From Octopus bimaculoides (lineage: Eukaryota), in assembly GCF_001194135.2 (NCBI RefSeq), contig NC_069000.1, positions 39,425,951 to 39,489,784 on the forward strand: a stretch of DNA of 63,834 bases, given 5' to 3'. Positions 51,846 through 62,420 of the stretch are shown piece by piece. The notes below the pieces were generated by a model. It was not told the origin of the DNA. It saw only the letters and a list, made by a program, of their open reading frames with translations, and ran no database searches. The translations under genes were made by a program, and so were the position numbers. Positions within the stretch are counted from its first letter, which is position 1. Each line of letters starts with the position of its first letter.

Positions 51846-51872
51846 GGATGGATGGATGGATGGATGGATAGA
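51618..51872. repeat. Compound (GATA)n(CATA)n(GGAT)n
   Basis: Read directly. Confidence 0.93.
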
Positions 51873-52594
51873 TGGAGCTAATATGAAAGAGCTGTTCCAA
51901 TAACCATTTCTAAGGACTCCGTACTCTTAAATGTTCTTAAAATGCCTCTGGGGAAGCCATAATAAGCCACACCATCCTCACAGCGCCGTATCTTACAGCT
52001 CTGAGAAGCTGCAAGCTAATCATTTAAGTCGGGTATTCCTTATTTATTCATATGTCGCTACGTGTGTGTATATGTGTGTACATGCACGTCAGAGCGCGCG
52101 CTTGTGTGTACATGTACGTATGCTTATAGATTTGTCTGTACAATTATATAATTTTCAAATTTCTCCTACGTCATAATGGTATATAACGTTACATTCACCT
52201 AACAGCATAATAGATAATCATCGAAATAGTAGAGGTAGCAACAGACATACATCTATAACTGTCGACCAGTTTTAGGTTTGTGAACTTTTCAGTGTTATTA
52301 TTATTCCCTTTTACCAGTTAACTATTAGGGTTTCATCGACTGCACTTCCCAAGTATACGTTGCTTTCTGACAATCTTGCGAGTCACTACTTTGCATTTGA
52401 TTTCCGGACAATATATATTGCGCTACTTATTTAGGTGTTCGACCTTTACTATTTTAACTGTTGATAATCTTCAGGCGTTCACAATTGCCATTTCGATGAT
52501 GTGATTGTCAACATTTAGAATGCCAGTTTAATTTTAAAACAAGTATTGGTTGAATGTGGCTGCTTTAAATACGAAATATTAAATACGAAATATT

Positions 52595-52675
52595 AAAGGC
52601 GGTGAGGTAGGAGGAACGTTAGCATGCCGAAGAAATTTATTAATAGCATTTCTTCCAGATTTTTTATGTTCCAAG
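52595..52675 (+). mobile_element. SINE family A head, truncated
   Basis: aaggcggtgaggtaggaggaacgttagcatgccg. Confidence 0.6.
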
Positions 52676-53419
52676 TACAATAAAGGCGATTGCACGACAT
52701 TCGTGTGTTATGAGGATCCGCTTAGCTCTTAGAATTTCTGAGTAATCCATGGCATCACAAAATTTCCTGGAAGGGGTGAAAAGAGATTGTATGATTTTAT
52801 CTCAACGATTTCTTAACCTGCTGCTTTTAGATTATACAATGTATTTTACTAAGGGTAACGAAAATTTACACACANNNNNNNNNNNNNNNNNNNNNNNNNN
52901 NNNNNNNNNNNNNNNNNNNNNNNNNNNNNNNNNNNNNNNNNNNNNNNNNNNNNNNNNNNNNNNNNNNNNNNNNNNNNNNNNNNNNNNNNNNNNNNNNNNN
53001 NNNNNNNNNNNNNNNNNNNNNNNNNNNNNNNNNNNNNNNNNNNNNNNNNNNNNNNNNNNNNNNNNNNNNNNNNNNNNNNNNNNNNNNNNNNNNNNNNNNN
53101 NNNNNNNNNNNNNNNNNNNNNNNNNNNNNNNNNNNNNNNNNNNNNNNNNNNNNNNNNNNNNNNNNNNNNNNNNNNNNNNNNNNNNNNNNNNNNNNNNNNN
53201 NNNNNNNNNNNNNNNNNNNNNNNNNNNNNNNNNNNNNNNNNNNNNNNNNNNNNNNNNNNNNNNNNNNNNNNNNNNNNNNNNNNNNNNNNNNNNNNNNNNN
53301 NNNNNNNNNNNNNNNNNNNNNNNNNNNNNNNNNNNNNNNNNNNNATATATATCGAGAGAGAGAGAGAGAGAGACAGGCAGACAGACAGACAGACAGACAG
53401 ACTGACATAGATACATAAA

Positions 53420-53940
53420 TGATGGTCACTCCCCTTGATTTTGCCGTATCAGGATTTGAAGGAGGGCATCTGAATGAAAAGAAAAGTCAGAAAATAAAAA
53501 AAAGAATGTGAGAGAAACAAAACAAAAACGACGAAATTAAAAATAAAACGGTAAAAGAAGTTTCATCACCTTGCGATTCATACGTGAATATAATTTGAGT
53601 TCGGGTATGGTTTTGCTATGACGTCACAACGGAGGCACTGATGGTTCTGAATTTGCTGGGATTGGGCAAATGTGTCTGTTGATTGCAGGAATATTCTAGT
53701 GCACTAGGACACATTCTACTGAGCGCGAAACTTCCCAGGCAATGACTTTTGCCAGATGTCAAATAAAGTTGTAGAGATCCCCTTGTTTGCTTCAGCTTGT
53801 CCTAATACGAAAGGACGGGTCTTCCTTTATTGTGCTATCCCTATAACATTTGGCCATACAAAAGAACCTTTCGGCGTGTGGTCATTTTTCATTCGAACAT
53901 GTCCTACCCATCTGAACTGAATTCTCAGCGGCGTGCTGAG
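53420..53940 (-). mobile_element. RTE-clade LINE, degenerate 3' end
   Basis: Minus strand LRIQFRWVGHVRMKNDHTPK / VLLYGQM...KGRPVLSY.DKLKQT matches RTE LRW.GHV.RM...R.PK.LLYG.L..G.R..GRP..R.KD; a CxxC remnant and a short ...gaccatcat tail follow. Confidence 0.75.
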
Positions 53941-54034
53941 ATATCGCATTTTTCTAGAGGTATCGCATTTTTCTAGAGATATCACATTTTTCTAGAGATA
54001 TCACATTTTTCTAGAGATATCACATTTGTCTAAA
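53940..54034. repeat. 19-bp tandem repeat, 5 copies
   Basis: Unit GATATCACATTTTTCTAGA at 53940, 53959, 53978, 53997 and 54016; sits at the 5' truncation point of the RTE fragment. Confidence 0.95.
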
Positions 54035-54394
54035 AACCTTGACATTTGATAGCTTATCTTGCCATTTTATGAAGCAGATATTGCGCAGACAGAGAAAAGT
54101 CTTAGGTTCCTTTTTACGTCTATAGCTGGGAGTTCATACTTCCCCCGCATACAAATGTGTGCTCAAAATACAAGATTTGTATACACTTATTGCAGTTTTG
54201 AAACTGATGCTGAGTTCATCCTACAAACGATAGGAACATTTTCCAAAAGTATATGTCGTCTTTGATATTCTTACATAGATTTTGTCTTTTAGAGTTCTCT
54301 TAAAGTTTACTGTACTTCTAAGAAATTTAAAATGACCCAACCCATTTGAGTGGCTTGCTTTTAATACACACATTTCAAATATTGAGTATATTCT

Positions 54395-54608
54395 AAGGCG
54401 GCGAGCTACCAGAAACGTTAGCACGCCGGGCGAAATGCTTAGCGGTATTTCGGCTGTCTTTACGTTCTGAGTTCAAATTCCGCCGAAGTCGACATTGCCT
54501 TTCATCCTTTCGGAGTCGATAAATTAAGTACCAGTTGCGTACTGGTGACGATCATATCGATTGGCCCCCTCCCCCAAAATTTCTGGCCTTGTGTCTAGAG
54601 TGGAAAAG
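54395..54608 (+). mobile_element. SINE family A, full length with target-site duplication
   Basis: Best-preserved copy; 17-bp repeat aatattgagtatattct (54378-54394) / aatattgagtatgttgt (54609-54625). Confidence 0.95.
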
Positions 54609-54717
54609 AATATTGAGTATGTTGTGGCCTGGGTTTTGGTTGCAATAAAACTTAAGCCTTCTTGATGCTGGTAGTCGGTCCAAATGCACGAGAAACAATG
54701 CGCGACCACACACACGC

Positions 54718-54777
<60 letters not shown>

Positions 54778-55216
54778 ATATATATATATATGCTGTTTCA
54801 TGGGAGAGTCATTGCGTTAACAATAACACAATATCTGGTTCAATTCCAATTCATTAATAGTCAATTGCTTAAGTATATATTCAACTAACTAATCAATTGT
54901 TCGTTTGTTCGTCGAAATTCTTTCCTCGTTTTTCGCCGCCTTTTCAGTAACTTTGGAGATTATCCTCTCTCTTCAAGTTATGCTCTGAGTCTGTCTGGAA
55001 ATTTGTCTTCTGTGTGTATGCATGCTTCTCTGCTCGCGTGTGTGTGTAGATGCGTGCTTGCTTAGAAAAGGTGGTAATGTTGAGTGCAAACGAATACATG
55101 TACACAGACATATACACAAACACATACACACACATATATATGCGTATATATGTATGAATATATATTACACTAACATGTCTTTTTTTAACTTGTAATGTCA
55201 GAGTAATTTTACAGAT

Positions 55217-56677
55217 ATGAAATCATTTATAAAGAGGATAAAAAGAAATAGATACTCCAGCGTGTATAAATACAGACCAGACAATACGTCACCATCATCA
55301 ACACCACGCCAAAGTCCAAATTTTGCCAAAGCTTTGTCCTCGACCAATAATTCTTCTGCTGTTGGTGCGACTATGGGAAATCCAAATAAATTCTTATTAC
55401 CGAAGAATCTAGAAACTGAAGACCAGCATTATCCATCATGTTGTCTTCATTTTCCTCACAATTTACCAGGAATACCATTTCCAAACGGGAAAATACAATC
55501 GGAAATCAAATACCCGAAGTATATGTGTACATGTGCACATCATAATATTCGTAATAATCATTATAACCCTATGACATTTATTTCGAAGGAACTTTCCGAT
55601 AACTGCACTGAAAGTAGTTGCGAGGCAAGTGATCTAACGCCAAGAGATCTTATGCATACGTGTTACGGTTTTGGTCAAATGAAAGATAATGATTGTAATA
55701 ATAGTGATTGCGATAGTTTAAGTATTACATCTTACTCAGATATATCAGAATTCGAATACTCCGGTAAAGACATCCCAAACGATGAATCATTAAATGCGGG
55801 GATAGATTATATGAACCCCTTCCAAAATGGTTTTATGATTCCAGATGACCATGATCCGACAAATTGTGAATTAGAATACATTATGTCTGATACCTATCAA
55901 GACATACCTCAATTTAAATCCAAATCAAGCATGATGCGTCATATCTTCTTTCCATATCCATCCCAGTATAACAACGAGAGACACTTCGACTTGGCTGAAA
56001 ATCAGCTTTCTGGGAAAAGGGATTTGGGGAAGCGAGGTGGACTGCTGAAGCCGATAGAAAAAACAATGAAGGATAGAACCATGTTAAAACCAATCATGAG
56101 GTCAAATACATATTTTGAACAAGAATCATGTAAACGGAAGAACAACACCGCTAATACAAGGCAGAGACAAAGAATATATTTTTGTGACGCGAGACGAGAC
56201 AAAAGTGTCATCAAAAATCCGAACTCCAACAAAAACATTGTGTTCACATCGGATGCAATTTCAATTGGAGACCACATAGGAATTTCACCTGATTTTAAAG
56301 AGAATTTGCCAAACCAAGTCAACTATGAATATGAGAGTAAAAACGTTTCACTAAATGGTAATCGAGTTTTCCAATGCTACACTTCTTCAGTTGACGAAGT
56401 AGAAAATTCATTGGAAAACAGAGATGATAGAATACTCTTCGGCAACAAAGAAATCAACAGTCTTATCAACACTATGAATGCTACTTCAAATGGTCTAGGA
56501 GCAGATTGTTTACCAAATATATCATTATCTAAAACATTTAAAGTCATATCCAGTGAGCAAAACTCACCTGATCCTGTAACAGCATATTCAGCTCCACCAA
56601 ATACCAATTATATAAAGAACACTAGCAAATTCTCTTCCATTTTTGACACGTTTTTATGCTGCAAAAGAAAAATTTAA
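55217..56677 (+). CDS. 486-aa orphan protein (single large coding or terminal exon); S/N/D-rich, no recognised domain, C-terminal FLCCKRKI
   Basis: 1461-nt uninterrupted, non-repetitive ORF in AT-rich DNA; acceptor taattttacAG ends at 55214, 2 nt before the ATG; ATTAAA 10 nt after the stop. Confidence 0.8.
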   Translation: MKSFIKRIKRNRYSSVYKYRPDNTSPSSTPRQSPNFAKALSSTNNSSAVGATMGNPNKFLLPKNLETEDQHYPSCCLHFPHNLPGIPFPNGKIQSEIKYPKYMCTCAHHNIRNNHYNPMTFISKELSDNCTESSCEASDLTPRDLMHTCYGFGQMKDNDCNNSDCDSLSITSYSDISEFEYSGKDIPNDESLNAGIDYMNPFQNGFMIPDDHDPTNCELEYIMSDTYQDIPQFKSKSSMMRHIFFPYPSQYNNERHFDLAENQLSGKRDLGKRGGLLKPIEKTMKDRTMLKPIMRSNTYFEQESCKRKNNTANTRQRQRIYFCDARRDKSVIKNPNSNKNIVFTSDAISIGDHIGISPDFKENLPNQVNYEYESKNVSLNGNRVFQCYTSSVDEVENSLENRDDRILFGNKEINSLINTMNATSNGLGADCLPNISLSKTFKVISSEQNSPDPVTAYSAPPNTNYIKNTSKFSSIFDTFLCCKRKI

Positions 56678-56686
56678 GATAAAGTT

Positions 56687-56692
56687 ATTAAA
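56687..56692 (+). terminator. Candidate polyadenylation signal ATTAAA (second option AATAAA at 56830-56835)
   Basis: Immediately downstream of the ORF stop codon. Confidence 0.35.
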
Positions 56693-56839
56693 ATGAAATT
56701 TTGTCGTCACATTCATATGAATATTGTTTCTGTTCATTTTATTTTGCATATGATTAATGCTATTATGGTTTCAGCAGACTCATGTAAATTTTTAATGTTC
56801 AGCCAGGGTAATCACAATGTCACAACAAAAATAAAGACA

Positions 56840-57520
56840 GGTCAGACAGCGTAGGCGGGTCTGCGAGACACGTTGGACTGATGGAAGTCGTCCTGTTGGA
56901 TGATGAGCTGGAGGTATGCGGACGAAATGTGGCTGTAATGCAGCATGGATTATCGCAGACTCCATCGACTGGATGGATCTTTTTATGCAGGCCACATTTC
57001 AAGTTTCGGAAGGTAAGTTGGGGCTGCTATACGTGACCAGCAGCTTGGGTCACGCATTCACAAGAGTAGCCGCCTATGCTACGTCAGATGCAAAACAGCC
57101 AGATTTCTTTAGGCGTTTGGAGTCCTTCCGGTTATCACCCAGCTCCTCATTGTTAGCTACTTCATATAGGTTGTACGCTGGGATTATATGAAGCGAACCG
57201 ATAAGAGAAGTAGTTTCACACCTGTTGAAATGTTCCAACTCTCTGATAAATGCTGAATGAATTTCCCGACTGCACCAGCGGGGACATGGACAAACTCCAT
57301 CAGGTGATCCATACCGTATCTAAATAGAATCTTATGTAGATAAGTTTATGTAGGTAAATAGGTTGTCTACATTGTCAAGAAGTGAACTACATCGATCAAA
57401 AACTCGTCAATCAGTCTTGTTAGGCAACGAGCCGGTTACGTGAATTTTAACGTGTTCATCCTAGAGTGCAAATATTCCGGAGACTGGATCACCGAACTAT
57501 TTAATCACTTATTAACAGGG
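56840..57520 (-). mobile_element. Degenerate I/Ingi-like non-LTR retrotransposon, 3' ORF2 remnant
   Basis: Broken minus-strand motifs in order: SPEYLHSRMNTLKF, LMEF...RELEHFNRC...IGSLHIIPAYNLYEVAN, GLHKKIHPVDGVCD...PHT; GC-richer than the flanks. Confidence 0.45.
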
Positions 57521-58237
57521 CAATGTTAAACAGCAAATACTACGCCACCTATAGATCATGATTTAATCACAGTAGATGGGGGTTTGTAATGTCCTAGTCA
57601 TTGAGAAAACGTGTAGAGACAGACTTAGTTATAGACTTAGAAGAGGCGATTAATTAAGAAAGGCATGGAGGCATGGAGGCATGGAACACGACTGGCTCTT
57701 GATTAATTCTTCAATGCAAAGCACAATGTCTGTATTGTGAAATTTAAGGCGTTTATGCCTCAGTAGCAGAAGTGGGACGCGGTATATCACAGTAGATGCA
57801 TGCGAGAACTCAAGGATATGGGATCAGTTTTCCAGCGGCAATTTCGTTGACTGTTTTTGACGAATGATTTTAAACTAAAGCTGGATGGATTTTAATGCCT
57901 ACTTCAACACCTTACGCTGACTTCCACCTAGTGAGAGGGAATGTTGTGAAAAACCGATAACATACACGGAAATAAGGGAAGCGTTGGTTAGATGCATAGA
58001 TGATCAGATCTACCAGATTCGATAGGTATATAAATATAAAAGTTTAATCCGGTGGAGATTTACTTTAATATACCTGTCTTTATTCCACGTGGTATTGAAA
58101 TGTACATCTAACAAGATAGACTGTTAAATCGATCTCACATAAGATATCCCAGCAAAATATTAAGACATCATTTAGGAAAATCTGGTGATCATTTCAGGTG
58201 TTCTTGTTGCACCCGTTTTTAAGTAAACATAATATTG

Positions 58238-58405
58238 GTTTCAGATTTTGGGTCAAGCGCAGAAGTTTTGGGGTAAGGGTAACTCGATTACATACACCCA
58301 GCGCTCAACTGGAAACTTATTTTATCGATTCCAAAAGAATGAAAGCCAAAGTCGACCTCGGCAGAATTTGAACTCAAAACGTGAAGTAGAAAACATAATA
58401 TTCGT
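58238..58405 (-). mobile_element. SINE family A
   Basis: tcgattacatacacccagcgctcaactgg...aaagtcgacctcggcagaatttgaactc. Confidence 0.8.
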
Positions 58406-58949
58406 ACTCAGTAACCATTACTTGGAATAACTTTGGATTGTGCATCGCCAAATAGTATATTCGCCTTTCTCTTTTTGTAAAGGGTCTAAGATGTTGTTTC
58501 TCCATAATTATCTCATAAGGAATATTTTAATGAATCCCACCGTCTATAATTATTGAAATGAAATATTTTAACACTGTATGTATAAATTTTAAATTTTAAG
58601 CATATAATTGTAAACATACTTTTTCTATACAGAGATCTCATTACTTGCCCAGATGCACAACACCACGTGGTAAACAATCAACAATATAAATTAAAAATAT
58701 AAAAGAAATATAATCCGCAATTTTATTCCTTTTCTTACAATATACTACTCAAACGGATTTTTCATTACAAAATTATTTGTTTTTAATTTACATTGCATTA
58801 AAGTAATTTATTTTTTATTAAATTATAGTTAAATGATGTAGCAGAAACGGTTAGCTAGCCGTACATATAGACAGTACTGTACTCGTGATTCCAATTACAG
58901 AGTATAAGTTATTCTAAGTTGTGAGTTCAAAGCTCACCCGGGGCACATT

Positions 58950-59072
58950 TAGCGTTGAGCTGGCAGAATCTTTAGCACGCTGGAAGAAATGCATTTCCGT
59001 ATTTATCTTCTGAGTTCAAATTCTGCCGAGATCGTCTTTGCCTTGTGCCAAAAAATTTAAAATCAATATTGA
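58950..59072 (+). mobile_element. SINE family A, internally deleted
   Basis: gagctggcagaatctttagcacg...gagttcaaattctgccgag...ctttgccttgtgccaaaaaatttaaaatc; the central body is missing. Confidence 0.78.
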
Positions 59073-59487
59073 AGTATTTTAGTTTGAACTTTATTGGTTG
59101 TCATGTCACAAATGTTATGTCACGTGGGGTCGTTACAAGTAGAATCTTTCCGTTTAACACATTTCTGAGGAATCCTGTTAAAATCTATAGCTAAACGTCT
59201 TATTTTGCGGTTCAAGTTTCCTTTGTATGCCAAATGTTGTTCTTCTAGGCACTTGTACACGCACATAGAAACACGCACACGTATACAGAGAGAGGGAGAC
59301 AGACGTAGATGCATATATACACACATACAGGCATGCATGCATATACATTGGTTCTTTATATAGCTGTTGTTGAATCATGTGTTATCAACCATTGTGACTG
59401 AAGACTATATGGAAGAGCTTACATTTTTGTCATTGTGACAGGCATGATAAATATTTTTTCATATTAGACTTGTACCAGTCTCTGACC

Positions 59488-59501
59488 GTTGTCATGGCAA
59501 C
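59488..59501. promoter_or_regulatory. RFX X-box-like motif GTTGTCATGGCAAC
   Basis: Fits the RYYNYYWWRRNRAC consensus; one mismatch from the palindrome GTTGCCATGGCAAC; unique GC-rich context. Confidence 0.3.
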
Positions 59502-59544
59502 CAGAGGCGGGTCTGCGGCACTACATGCTCTTTTTATGGAGCGT

Positions 59545-59655
59545 GAAGGCGCGTGGCTTTGCGGTTCGGGCTTTGCCTTGCTGAAAGGCACAACGCTCCG
59601 CCAGGAATCGAATTCAGGACCTTACGATCATGACACGAAAACTCCTAACCATTAT
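59545..59655. mobile_element. Two opposed SINE family D head fragments
   Basis: Plus ggcgcgtggctttgcggttcggg, then minus-head aggaatcgaattcaggaccttacgatcatgacacgaaactcctaacca. Confidence 0.55.
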
Positions 59656-60233
59656 GTATAATTATTAACATAAAACAGTTTAATGACGAATGTGTAATAT
59701 TAAATGAATAGACAATCTTGTTCTATGACAGCCTTTAAAGTCAAACGAAGGGATCTGATTAATTGCTTCGAGGCACAACACCTCCCAGTAAACAATCAAC
59801 CATATACACTAGAAGATGTAATTCGCAATACTGTTTCTTTTATTTCAATTTACAGCACAAAAGGAACTCAATTACAAAAGTTATTTTTAAATCTTTGTTT
59901 TCAATGTTTAAAGTTTTAAAGTATGGATTTTGGAGATTATCGGTGAGAATTTTCAAATGTTATACTGTCGCTTCGGGCGTTAATTGTAGGATCATTCGAT
60001 TCACATATTTCTAATCATTCCCTCGGGTGTTCCTATTGAAATAAATATTTAAATTTAAACAACTGATCTTTTGAGGTTCAAGGTTACATATTCAGAAGTA
60101 AAATAATAAATGTATAACACACACACACACACACACATATATATGGCGTGTATTTAAATGTGTGTGTGCGTGTGTGCGTGCGAATATGTGAGAATACATG
60201 CAAGTATGAATATATACATATACGTGTGTGTGT

Positions 60234-60287
<54 letters not shown>

Positions 60288-60984
60288 NNNNNNNNNNNNN
60301 NNNNNNNNNNNNNNNNNNNNNNNNNNNNNNNNNNNNNNNNNNNNNNNNNNNNNNNNNNNNNNNNNNNNNNNNNNNNNNNNNNNNNNNNNNNNNNNNNNNN
60401 NNNNNNNNNNNNNNNNNNNNNNNNNNNNNNNNNNNNNNNNNNNNNNNNNNNNNNNNNNNNNNNNNNNNNNNNNNNNNNNNNNNNNNNNNNNNNNNNNNNN
60501 NNNNNNNNNNNNNNNNNNNNNNNNNNNNNNNNNNNNNNNNNATATATACATGCATACATACATACACAAACACACACACACATACATCCATATATATAAA
60601 TTGGCATGGGCTACTTCTATCGTTACTCTGAGATTGAAATTAACACTTATCTAAAATTACTGGAAATAAACTGTTGCGTGGAAACATATATGCGCAAACA
60701 TGTGTAACCCCATCTAAATTCGATTATTCATTATTCAGTGTAATTCAAAGCTATTGATTTCCAAAAAATGCATTTGGAAAGTCATACATTGGACTAGTTA
60801 TTGATCGCACTCAAAGTTCGACCCTTATTTATTCACATACACAACATTTAATATAAGTGTAACTCTGAAATAATCACAAACAAGGTAGTTATTTGTAACG
60901 CAGTTTTAATTCTAATGAACGATTGAATTATCTTCGTTTTTGTATGTGAACGCCAGGTGTCATTTTGGTACTCTCTTTTTTTTT

Positions 60985-61227
60985 TACACTCTTTTATTTG
61001 TTTCAGTCATTTGACTGCGGCCATGCTGGAGCAAATCGACCCCAGGACTTATTCTTTGTAAGCCTAGTACTTATTCTATCAGTTTCTTTTGCCGAACCGC
61101 TAGGTTACGGGGACGTAAACACACCAGCATCGGTTGTCAAGCGATGTTGGGGGGACAAACACAGACACACAAACATATACACACACATATATATATGTAT
61201 ACTTAGCACACAGCCACTCCTGCGCCT
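60985..61227 (-). mobile_element. SINE family C, well-preserved tail with a deleted middle
   Basis: Intact tail, (CA)(TA) insert joined directly to the head cacagccactcctgcgcct; the segment present in the 38561 copy is absent. Confidence 0.88.
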
Positions 61228-61247
61228 AGTTTCGACATAAATTATAC

Positions 61248-61313
61248 CTTTTAGTATTCCTTTGCCAATTCTGATGGCGCTATCTGCAAGAACTTCGCCC
61301 ACCATCGCGAATC
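61248..61313 (-). CDS. Candidate 66-nt phase 1-1 coding exon (G)FAMVGEVLADSAIRIGKGILK(G)
   Basis: Acceptor gtgttttattatcAG, donor AAG|GTATAA, length a multiple of 3, GC-rich unique sequence, open in the symmetric phase. Confidence 0.4.
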
Positions 61314-62214
61314 CTGATAATAAAACACACCGTATTAAAATGTTAGGTCATTAGAAGAGAGAAAGATCTCGCCTCCTAGTGACATTAATGCGGAGATACA
61401 TTATAAAAAAAAAAACAATCAACATCATATATTGTTAAATAGTTAATGCCATTGCTTAAAGGACAGTGTCATTTTATAATACGTTGGTAAGACAGGAAAT
61501 GGATATTCAGTCAAACCTTTATAGTTTTTGCTTCCAAACTATTCTTTAGTTACCCCAGCTAATGGTTTAGAAATGCAAATGTGTTTAAAAGGGAAACAGA
61601 TAAGAAGATACTTGTGTGTGAGTAATGAACAGTTTTCTACTGTTTAAACTGGCTATGGAAGAAGAAAGAAACATTTACTGCAACTGCCACCCAACTTAAT
61701 TTCTTTTAATGTTTTCATATGCCATTGTCTTACAGAAAATGATTATTTATATGATTTAAGAAAATCTTGGCAACACTACAACGAAACGTTACACAATATG
61801 TCAGATTATACCTTTTAATGTGTATTTTCTTATTCCACTTTCTGTAGTATTAGATCTGTTGCGTAATGTATTCTGTTTTTGAAACTAATTCTTTTTAATG
61901 CGTCTAAACAGTGAGGACAAATGATAAAATGGCTAAGCTTTTACTAATATCACTCTGTAAGCTTCTTGAGGATAATTATGGAATGTTTGAAATTGAATAT
62001 ATTCCAATTCCTCGTTAGCTCTTTTACTGTGCGTGTTTTAATAGAATCAATATGTATATCTTCATCTGCCATACGATAAAGCTTCTATGATCATCGATAT
62101 TCGCACTAAAATCTGAAGATTCATGACTTCTCTCTTGTGAATGTTAGGGTAGTATCTACCTATAGCCTTCTAACTCTTTCGTTACTGTTCTCTGTGTACA
62201 GTCCCACTCTCGTT

Positions 62215-62420
62215 AATTTAGCCAGAAAGCACCCGCATTTGCTGTAGTTCGTTATTGAAGCGAACAGAGGAAGAGCGGAAGGAGTTGGTCAAGAAGACAA
62301 GAAAGTTTCTAAACATGCATGGAACCTGTCATCTCTCTATGCACATTGACTGTCTATACATGAAGAGAGGAAACGGAGGAGGAACAGGGGTGAAAAGTAT
62401 GAGGGAGACTAGGTGGATAT
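62215..62420 (+). mobile_element. R4/Dong-type RT C-terminal fragment
   Basis: EEERKELVKKTRKFLNMHGTCHLSMHIDCLYMKRGNGGGTGVKSM matches W...EL..LDRKTRKL.TMHG..HP...DRLY..R..GGRGL.S. Confidence 0.8.

Noticed and set aside
53420-53470. TPLDFA ankyrin-like peptide
   Set aside because: Antisense of the RTE 3' tail; short and stop-bounded.
53940-54034. CRISPR-like array (also considered for 39242-39370)
   Set aside because: Head-to-tail units with no unique spacers and no cas genes; eukaryotic context.
56012-56035. Two GKR sites in the orphan ORF suggesting a neuropeptide precursor
   Set aside because: No signal peptide in this exon, no repeated peptide units, and the C-terminus suggests a cytosolic anchor; kept only as a remote possibility.
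50564-58657. Further exon-like AG...GT blocks (50564, 51322, 58633; also 39559)
   Set aside because: Stops in the needed phase or weak donors; none is phase-compatible and convincing as the upstream exon of 55215.
8338-60654. Dozens of long ORFs containing X runs or YIYI, CVCV, THTH, LSLS, YLSI repeats
   Set aside because: Produced by N-gaps and di/tetranucleotide microsatellites; no coding signal.
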